Shown: positions 56,973 to 64,000 of the stretch, piece after piece
Layout: each line of letters begins with the position of its first letter
Numbering within the stretch: position 1 is the first letter of the stretch
Origin: Campylobacter showae
GTDB taxonomy: Bacteria; Campylobacterota; Campylobacteria; Campylobacterales; Campylobacteraceae
Direction of reading: 5' to 3'
Assembly: GCF_963515975.1 (NCBI RefSeq)
Contig: NZ_CAUPZM010000002.1
Coordinates: 40,853 to 104,852, forward strand
Length of the DNA stretch: 64,000 nucleotides
Program-made: the position numbers and the translations under genes
Notes under the pieces: model-generated
The model's database searches: none
Seen by the model: the letters and a program-made list of their open reading frames with translations, nothing else
What the model was told of the DNA's origin: nothing

Positions 56973-57117
56973 AAAATTTCCTATCTAAAATTGGCGTAAT
57001 AATAGACAAAATTTGTTTTAAAATACGTAAAAGCGGGCGCGAAAATCTCGCATAACGTCTTTTTAATGAAATTTTAGAGATAATCTCGCGAAAATAAAAA
57101 TAACGCGAGAGTATCAC

Positions 57118-59019
57118 GTGCCAGAAAACCAAAACGCGCAGCAAAACTTCCTTGCCGAGATGGAGGTTGAGACCGCCAATCCGTACGGCGAGATATTAAA
57201 TTTAGTAAAGAGCTTCGGCGTCGATAGCAAATTTATAGATTTTGATATCTTGGAAATCAAAACCGAATGCAAGGTGGTAGGCGAGAGCCAACCTAGACAA
57301 ATCGCCGAAGACAAGCTAAACGTCTTTGATAACGATAAATTTTACGTAGATAGAGTTGAGAGTATCAAGCAAAGCTATCTGGTTAAATTTTACGACATTA
57401 GGCGCGCAAAACCTACGCCTTTGCCTAACGTTTCTGTCAATGCAAATAAAAATTTGACCAAAATTTTAGCCACCGTTTCGCAAAACGCCGACACGGTTTA
57501 TTTTAAAGAATTTGATAAAAAGCTGATAAATTTCATCTACAAAAAGCTGATAAAAGTAGGCATCCTGGTTGGCATCAGAAATAAAACGATGCTAGAAGAG
57601 GTCGCTAAAATTTCTTCGGTTTTAAGAGTAAAAGAATTTATCGACAAGGACTATACCTTTGCCGTGACTGTGGGCGTAAATGTAGTTCCGTCCACGGACG
57701 ACGCGCTAATCTATCACTACAAAACAAAAATCAGAAACGTAGATGAAAACGACAAGATCGACTACGCAAACAGAGGCTATCTGCTCGGAGTCGTCGAAAA
57801 TGAGCTCATAATCGAATACGTAAAACTAAGAGACGGCTCAAGCGGCCGCGACGTGAGGGGGAATTTCCTGCCTGCACAAAAAGCCAAAGCTACGATAACT
57901 AAAATGCCCGAACACACCGAAAATATCTACGTAAAAGAAGATAATGAGGGGATAAAATTTTTCGCCAAAAAACCGGGCTACGTCAAAGAGGAAAAAGGCG
58001 TTTTTGATATCAAAGACGAGCTTGACGTAAATGAAATCACGTTTAAAACCACTGGCTCGGTCGATACGGGGCTTGATACCAACGTAACGCTAAACGTAAA
58101 GGAAAAAGATCTAACAAAAGACGCCATAGGTACCGGTATGACGGTCGAGGCGAACGAAGTAAACGTCGAGGGAAACGTCGCCGCAAACGCCGTAGTAAAG
58201 GCGAACAAAGTAACAATCGGCGGACAAACCCACGCCAAAGCTCTCATCGAGGCGAAAGAGGCGAAAATAGCCGTACATATCGGTAGCTTTGAAGGCGAGA
58301 GCGTCGAGATAGATAGGCTAGAAGGCGGCAAGGTAAAAGCTAAAAAAGCCGTGATAAAATCGGTCATCGGCGGCGAGATAATCGCCGAAAGCGTCGCCAT
58401 CGATACGCTCGTATCAAACTCAAACATCATAATCGCCGATACTTTGGAGATAAAAAAACTAAAAGGCGTGAATAATAAAATTTTAGTCGATTTTAGCATG
58501 ATAAAAAACACGGGCGAGCAGATAAACGAGCGCATGGCGAAGATAAAAACCATCAGAGAACAGATCGTAAAAATGCCGCGCACGCTAGAGTCCAAAAGAT
58601 GCGTCATCGAAGAAAACAGAGGCCCAATAAACGTCATTAAGGCTAAAATCGAAGAACTAAAAAGCACGAACAACACTCCGCCCGCGACGTTTATGAAAAA
58701 ACTAAAAGAGTATCAGCAGCTAGTGCACGAGTACAACGCGCTTTTAAAAGAATTTCGCGAGAAAAAAGCCGCGATCGCCGAGCTAAGAGGCGAGATAACA
58801 AATATCCAAGAGGGTATATTTAACTCAAAAGTGATAAATCACAGTAATTGGCGCGAATTTAACGAGATAAAATTTAGGCTCGTAGACCCGGCTCGCGATA
58901 TCACGTACAGCACCCGCGAAAACGAGATCGCGCGAATAATCACGATAGCCAAAGTCGAGACCGAGGACGGCGACATAGACTACGTGATAAAGAAAAAAAA
59001 TAACGCTAAAAAGGCCTAA
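57118..59019 (+). CDS. Flagellar assembly protein A-like (FapA/DUF342 family)
   Basis: GRDVRG, TTGSV, beta-helix-like repeats, C-terminal coiled coil; divergent from murJ like Cj0800c. Confidence 0.75.
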   Translation: MPENQNAQQNFLAEMEVETANPYGEILNLVKSFGVDSKFIDFDILEIKTECKVVGESQPRQIAEDKLNVFDNDKFYVDRVESIKQSYLVKFYDIRRAKPTPLPNVSVNANKNLTKILATVSQNADTVYFKEFDKKLINFIYKKLIKVGILVGIRNKTMLEEVAKISSVLRVKEFIDKDYTFAVTVGVNVVPSTDDALIYHYKTKIRNVDENDKIDYANRGYLLGVVENELIIEYVKLRDGSSGRDVRGNFLPAQKAKATITKMPEHTENIYVKEDNEGIKFFAKKPGYVKEEKGVFDIKDELDVNEITFKTTGSVDTGLDTNVTLNVKEKDLTKDAIGTGMTVEANEVNVEGNVAANAVVKANKVTIGGQTHAKALIEAKEAKIAVHIGSFEGESVEIDRLEGGKVKAKKAVIKSVIGGEIIAESVAIDTLVSNSNIIIADTLEIKKLKGVNNKILVDFSMIKNTGEQINERMAKIKTIREQIVKMPRTLESKRCVIEENRGPINVIKAKIEELKSTNNTPPATFMKKLKEYQQLVHEYNALLKEFREKKAAIAELRGEITNIQEGIFNSKVINHSNWREFNEIKFRLVDPARDITYSTRENEIARIITIAKVETEDGDIDYVIKKKNNAKKA

Positions 59020-59021
59020 AA

Positions 59022-60158
59022 TTGCCTCTTTTTTTAAAATTTGAAAGCGAATTTTACAAGTGTGAGCAAAGCGGCGGCAAGCTAACTATAAACCTAAAAA
59101 ACGACTGGACCTACAAACTGCCGGCTCAAATTTGGACTCAGACGGCCACGCTCATCGGCTCAAGAAAATTTAACAAAATCATTTTAAATTTTAAAGACGT
59201 AAAAGAGCTTGATTACGCAGCGGCGCTGTTTTTTAAAAATACCTTTTTAAACGCTCGCAAAGAGTATGAGCTCGTAAATTTAAATCCGCACGCTCAAAAG
59301 ATTTTTGATTCGATAAATAGCGAAATAAATCCCAAAATAAAGCAGATCATAAACGCCAAACCTCACGAAAATCCGCTCTCTCAAATCGGCAAAAATTTAA
59401 CTGCGTTTTTTGCGGGATTTTGCGCATTTTTAAATTTTATGGGCGAGTTTTTGGTCAAATTTAGCAAGATATTTATGCTAAAAAATATCCGCGTGAAGGA
59501 AATTTTGGCTTATTTCGAGGATGCGGGCATAAAGTCGGTTTTTATCGTGTGCCTCACCTCTTTTCTCATCGGCATCGTGCTGGCATATCAGGGATCAAAT
59601 TTGCTCGAGAGTTTCGGCGCCACGATAATAATCGTCGAGATGATGGGGCTTTTAACTCTGCGCGAGATAGCTCCGCTCATTGCCGCTATCATCGTGGCGG
59701 GGCGTCTGGCGTCTAGCTTTACCGCGCAAATCGGCGTTATGAAAATCACCGAAGAGATCGACGCGATGAAAACGATGGGATTTGATCCGTTTAAATTTCT
59801 CGTTCTGCCGCGCGTGATAGCTCTTATCGTTGCCATGCCTCTTATCGTGTTTTTAGCCGACGTGGCGGGGATTTTCGGCGAGATGGTCGTGATGGAAAAC
59901 TACCTAAACATCAGCTTTGATAGCTATCTGGCGAGGTTTGGCCAAGAGGTGGATATCAAACACCTTTACGTCGGGCTTTTTAAGGCTCCGTTTTTTGGCG
60001 TCGTTATCGCGTTTATCGGCTGCATGAGAGGCTTTCAGATCAGCGGAAATACTCAAAGCGTGGGCACATATACGACCGTGAGCGTGGTGAACGCGATATT
60101 TGGCGTGATCATGGTGGACGCGCTGTTTTCGATTATTTTCACGCAGCTAGGCATATAA
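59022..60158 (+). CDS. mlaE: MlaE family ABC permease
   Basis: N-terminal STAS-like region, REIAPL, AQIGVMKITEEIDAMKTMG, LPRVIAL. Confidence 0.9.
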   Translation: MPLFLKFESEFYKCEQSGGKLTINLKNDWTYKLPAQIWTQTATLIGSRKFNKIILNFKDVKELDYAAALFFKNTFLNARKEYELVNLNPHAQKIFDSINSEINPKIKQIINAKPHENPLSQIGKNLTAFFAGFCAFLNFMGEFLVKFSKIFMLKNIRVKEILAYFEDAGIKSVFIVCLTSFLIGIVLAYQGSNLLESFGATIIIVEMMGLLTLREIAPLIAAIIVAGRLASSFTAQIGVMKITEEIDAMKTMGFDPFKFLVLPRVIALIVAMPLIVFLADVAGIFGEMVVMENYLNISFDSYLARFGQEVDIKHLYVGLFKAPFFGVVIAFIGCMRGFQISGNTQSVGTYTTVSVVNAIFGVIMVDALFSIIFTQLGI

Positions 60159-60902
60159 ATGATAATAAAAGCGACTGATTTAACGACGAAATTTGGTGAG
60201 CGGGTGATCCACGACGGGCTAAATTTCCATGTAAACGAGGCTGAAATTTACGGGCTACTGGGCGGTAGCGGCACGGGTAAATCGACGCTGATGAAAACGA
60301 TGATATATCTAAAAGAGCTAAGCGCCGGCAAAGTCGAGATGCTGGGGCGCGATCTATGGTCGCTAGACGAAGCGGCTAGGCAGGAGATAAAGCTCGCTTG
60401 CAGCGTGATGTTTCAGTTCGGCGCGCTTTATACCTCGATGAACGTACTGGAAAACATCTACATCCTGCTAAAAGAGTATAGCGGGATGAGCGAGCGATCG
60501 ATGCGCGAGATAGCGATGTTTTGGCTGCAAAAAGTTGGCCTTAGCGAAAACGTCGCTTTGCAGTATCCAAGCGAGCTAAGCGGCGGTATGAAAAAGCGCG
60601 TGGCGATGGCTAGAGCTCTAGTGCTGAGTCCCAAAATTCTGTTTTTAGACGAGCCAAACTCCGGCCTTGACCCAAGTAGCGCTCGGGCGTTTGACGAGCT
60701 AGTGGTGGAGCTACGAGATACGCTTGGCGTCACGGTCGTGATGGTAACGCACGATATAGATAGTATTTGTACGATTTTGGATAGATTTTTGATACTTCAG
60801 GATAAAAAGATAGCCTTCGAGGGGACCTTTGAGCAGCTGATGCAAATGCCAGAAAATCCGCTCGAAGAGCTTTTAAAAACAAGGAAAAACGGTGGGAAAT
60901 AA
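60159..60902 (+). CDS. mlaF: MlaF family ABC ATP-binding protein
   Basis: GGSGTGKS, FQFGAL, LSGGMKKR, DEPNSGLDP. Confidence 0.88.
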   Translation: MIIKATDLTTKFGERVIHDGLNFHVNEAEIYGLLGGSGTGKSTLMKTMIYLKELSAGKVEMLGRDLWSLDEAARQEIKLACSVMFQFGALYTSMNVLENIYILLKEYSGMSERSMREIAMFWLQKVGLSENVALQYPSELSGGMKKRVAMARALVLSPKILFLDEPNSGLDPSSARAFDELVVELRDTLGVTVVMVTHDIDSICTILDRFLILQDKKIAFEGTFEQLMQMPENPLEELLKTRKNGGK

Positions 60903-61824
60903 AATAAATTATACTTTGATAGGCCTCTTTTTCGTGCTCGTAGTGAGCGCGCTAGGTATCGCGGCGTGGTGGCTGGGCGGATACGGGAAAAAAGCCGATG
61001 ATTACAGGTCGTATTTCATCAAAACTACAAGCCTGCCAAGCGGCATCAAAAAGGACTCCACGGTCAAATTTATCGGCGTAGACGCGGGCACGGTCAAGGA
61101 TATCCGATTTGCCGACGAAAAAGAGGCGCTCATCGAGCTTGAACTCTCCGTAAGGAAAGACATACCGATAAGAACCGATAGCACGGCGTCTGCGGAGATA
61201 CAGGGCATCACGGGCATCGGCTACCTAAACATCTCGCGCGGTAGCATGGACAGCCCGCTCTTTGATAAAAACGAAAAAGCCTACATCGGGCTTGAGGCGA
61301 GCTTTTTTGATAAAATCGGCGACAGAGCCGAGTATCTAACGAAAAATTTAGAGTCTACCTTTAAAAATATCAATAAATTTTTAAGCGACGAAAACGCTGC
61401 TAAATTTTCGTCTATCCTAGTTTCAGTTGATGAAGCCGCAAAAAAGATAAACGCCGGAAATCTCGATATAAACGCGACTATCGCAAACGCGAACGAGGTT
61501 TTGGCAAATGCAAATTTGACGCTAACCGAGCTAAAAAAAGCGCTAAAAAACGCCTCGGGCACGCTTGAGTTCGTAAATTCGTTTACGACCAAGGCCACGG
61601 ACGCCGCGCAGGCGCTAAAAAATCTACAAACTGCGATAGCAGAAAAGATAAAAAGCGGCGAATACGACGTGAAAGACGCGCTAAATACGATTGGCGACGA
61701 GACGGAGAGGACGCTGCTTAGCTTCCAAAAGCTCATTTCGGATTTTAGAAATACCCTTTTTAGACTCGAGGACGACCCGTACGAATTTTTCTTTAAAGAT
61801 ACGCAGAAAAAGGACGAAAAATGA
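60892..61824 (+). CDS. mlaD: MlaD/MCE family protein
   Basis: N-terminal TM, MCE domain (VKFIGVDAGTV, QGITGIGYLNI), helical tail. Confidence 0.88.
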   Translation: MGNKINYTLIGLFFVLVVSALGIAAWWLGGYGKKADDYRSYFIKTTSLPSGIKKDSTVKFIGVDAGTVKDIRFADEKEALIELELSVRKDIPIRTDSTASAEIQGITGIGYLNISRGSMDSPLFDKNEKAYIGLEASFFDKIGDRAEYLTKNLESTFKNINKFLSDENAAKFSSILVSVDEAAKKINAGNLDINATIANANEVLANANLTLTELKKALKNASGTLEFVNSFTTKATDAAQALKNLQTAIAEKIKSGEYDVKDALNTIGDETERTLLSFQKLISDFRNTLFRLEDDPYEFFFKDTQKKDEK

Positions 61825-62384
61825 AAATTTTAAGCACGGTTTTAGCTCTGGCGGCGCTGTTTTTTAGCGGTTGTAGCGTTTTGGCAAAGCCTGCGCCTAG
61901 GACGAATTATTTTATGCTAGGTGGCGCGGAGGATAAATTTAAAGAGTGCGAAAATAGGCCCGAAAAAACGGTTTTCATCGAGGAGGTGCGGGTTTTTGGC
62001 GCGTACGAGAGCCGAGAAGTCCTAAAGATAGACGCAAACGGCGAGATCCGTCCGCTAAAAAATGTCAAATTTTTAGCGCTCCCAAGCGAGATGGCGAGGC
62101 GAAATTTGATCATAGCCGCAAGCGATCAATGCGCGTTTAAGCCGTCTTTTAAAAACGCGGACATAAGCGTAAAGTCAAATTTACTCACCCTTCAAATCAA
62201 AGATCAAAAAGCGCAAATTTCGATGATGTTTAGCTTTTTTAAAGACGGCAAAGAGCTAAAAAGCGTCGTGCTAAGCTCGCAAAAAGACGCAGGCGCGGAC
62301 GAGGGCGAAATCGCGATGAAGGCGCTAAACGCCGCATTTAGCGAGGTTACGGACAAATTTTTGCAAGAATTAATCAAATTTTAG
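61821..62384 (+). CDS. ABC-type transport auxiliary lipoprotein (PqiC-like)
   Basis: Lipobox FSGC; last gene of the MCE operon. Confidence 0.72.
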   Translation: MKILSTVLALAALFFSGCSVLAKPAPRTNYFMLGGAEDKFKECENRPEKTVFIEEVRVFGAYESREVLKIDANGEIRPLKNVKFLALPSEMARRNLIIAASDQCAFKPSFKNADISVKSNLLTLQIKDQKAQISMMFSFFKDGKELKSVVLSSQKDAGADEGEIAMKALNAAFSEVTDKFLQELIKF

Positions 62385-62412
62385 AGATAATCGCAAATTT
62401 TAAAGGAAAACG

Positions 62413-62967
62413 ATGATAAAAGCGATCGAGGGCGTCATAACCAAAAAAGAGCCCGCAAATCTCATCCTAAAAACAGCAGGCGGCGTGAGTTACGGCGTAG
62501 CTATCTCGCTTTTTTGCTCGGCAAAGCTCGAGCGAGGCCAGAGCGTGGAGCTAAACATCACGCAGATCATCCGCGAGGATGCGGACTTGCTTTACGGATT
62601 TTTAGATAGCAACGAGCAAAAGATGTTTGAGATGCTGATAAAACTAAGCGGAATCGGCACTGCGACGGCGATGGCGGTGTGCTCGAGCCTAAATCCGAAC
62701 GCATTCTTAAACGCGGTAAAAAGCGGAGACGCGGCGGCGCTACAAACGGTGCCGGGCATCGGCGCAAAGACGGCTAGACGCATCATCGCCGAACTTAGTG
62801 ACGCAAAGATGACGATGGACGAAAATCTGCCTAGCCACCAGCACGAAGCGATCTTGGCGCTTGAGAGCCTCGGCTTTAAAAGAGAAAAGATAACCAAGGC
62901 GCTTAGCGAGTGCGACGCGCAAAATACGGGCGAACTCGTCAAACAAGCCCTAAAAAAACTAGCATAA
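62413..62967 (+). CDS. ruvA: Holliday junction branch migration protein RuvA
   Basis: GGVSY, IREDADLLYGF, SGIG, VPGIGAKTARRII, ALESLGF. Confidence 0.97.
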   Translation: MIKAIEGVITKKEPANLILKTAGGVSYGVAISLFCSAKLERGQSVELNITQIIREDADLLYGFLDSNEQKMFEMLIKLSGIGTATAMAVCSSLNPNAFLNAVKSGDAAALQTVPGIGAKTARRIIAELSDAKMTMDENLPSHQHEAILALESLGFKREKITKALSECDAQNTGELVKQALKKLA

Positions 62968-62980
62968 AAAAGGAAAAGAT

Positions 62981-64000
62981 ATGAAATTTGCTGTGATATT
63001 CGGCGCTAAAAGCTACGAACACGAGATCAGTATCGTGAGCGCCATAGCCCTAAAAAAGGTGCTAAAAAATGAGCCTTTGTTTATATTTTGCGATAAATTT
63101 AGAGAATTTTACCTGATAAACGGCGCCGATATGAGGGCGAATTTTTTTAGCTCGGGCAAGTATAAAAACGCCAAAAAGCTCACTCTAAAACAGGGCGGAT
63201 TTTTCGCGGGCGGGTTACTCGGCGAGAAAAAGGTTGAGGCGGATGTGTTTATAAATTTAGTCCACGGTATGGACGGCGAGGACGGCAAGATCGCGGCGCT
63301 GCTAGAGTTTTACGGCCTTAGCTACGTCGGCCCTCGCGTGGAGGCTAGTGCGCTAAGCTACAACAAGGAGCTAACCAAGCTGCTAGCGCAAAAAGCGGGC
63401 GTAAATACCCTAAACTACGAGGTTGTAGGCAGAGGAAAAGCGCCTAGCCTGCCGCTACCCATGATCCTAAAGCCACTTCGCCTAGGAAGCTCGATAGGAG
63501 TTAGCGTGATAAAAGACGCTAGCGAGCTAGAATACGGCCTGGACGTGGCGTATGAGTTTGACAAAGAGATCCTGGTAGAGCCCTTTATCGAAGGCGTGAA
63601 GGAGTACAATCTAGCAGGCTACAAGGCCGATGGCGAGATCAAATTTTCCATCATCGAAGAGCCTAAAAAGAAGGAATTTTTAGACTACGAGCAAAAATAT
63701 ATGAGCTTTTCAAACGAGAGCAGGGCGCGCGAGGCCGACATCGGCACAGAGTTAGCCGCCAAGCTAAAACAAAGCTTTGAGCGCATCTACAACTGCGGCT
63801 TTGACGGGGCGCTGATACGCTGCGACTTTTTCGAGATAAACGGCGAAGTCTATCTAAACGAGATCAATCCAAACCCTGGTAGCATGGCGAATTATCTATT
63901 TGACGATTTTGAGGGCACGCTTGGTCGCCTAGCCGCAAGCTTGCCAAAAGAACGCGAGATAAATATCGACTACAAATTTATCAACTCCATAACGTCGGCA
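62981..64000 (+). CDS. ddl: D-alanine--D-alanine ligase (partial; runs off window)
   Basis: Manual translation MKFAVIFGAKSYEHEISIVS...HGMDGEDG...LGSSIGV...LDYEQKY...RCDFF...LNEINPNPGS. Confidence 0.95.
   Translation, partial: MKFAVIFGAKSYEHEISIVSAIALKKVLKNEPLFIFCDKFREFYLINGADMRANFFSSGKYKNAKKLTLKQGGFFAGGLLGEKKVEADVFINLVHGMDGEDGKIAALLEFYGLSYVGPRVEASALSYNKELTKLLAQKAGVNTLNYEVVGRGKAPSLPLPMILKPLRLGSSIGVSVIKDASELEYGLDVAYEFDKEILVEPFIEGVKEYNLAGYKADGEIKFSIIEEPKKKEFLDYEQKYMSFSNESRAREADIGTELAAKLKQSFERIYNCGFDGALIRCDFFEINGEVYLNEINPNPGSMANYLFDDFEGTLGRLAASLPKEREINIDYKFINSITSA

Overview
Chromosomal window from a Campylobacter; gene content and moderate GC suggest the oral C. showae/C. rectus group (inference). 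It is mostly core genes: metI/metN, ddh, valS, alpha-2-macroglobulin + pbpC, fumC, a Ni/Fe uptake hydrogenase cluster (hydABCDE-hypF-nikR-nhaA-DUF2157-GDYXXLXY-hypBCDEA), AsmA-like/mltG, icd-mdh-NlpC/P60-oorDABC-flavodoxin, a minus-strand run murJ-cysS-msbA-pyrD-M16 peptidase-dapA-SDR-pgsA-AI-2E-rseP-yggS, then fapA-like-mlaEFD-lipoprotein-ruvA-ddl. I saw no rRNA, tRNA, CRISPR, IS or prophage. The most striking signal is a family of short palindromic modules built on AAATTT (often YAAATTTR), a RAATTY-type site. They fill intergenic gaps as hairpins and overlap many stop codons and TTG start codons. Related sequence also appears as in-frame insertions in ValS (~73 aa), HydD (~44 aa) and HypE, and forms one whole translationally coupled ORF (48066-48428). 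This resembles Rickettsia palindromic elements and Neisseria/Haemophilus uptake-sequence repeats. Other points: altered cofactor-specificity residues in Icd, an NlpC/P60 gene where C. jejuni has sucCD, a nonsense-interrupted gene, a candidate NikR operator at hypB, and a probable sigma28-driven FlxA-like gene. Comparisons with orthologues are from recall and need alignment.
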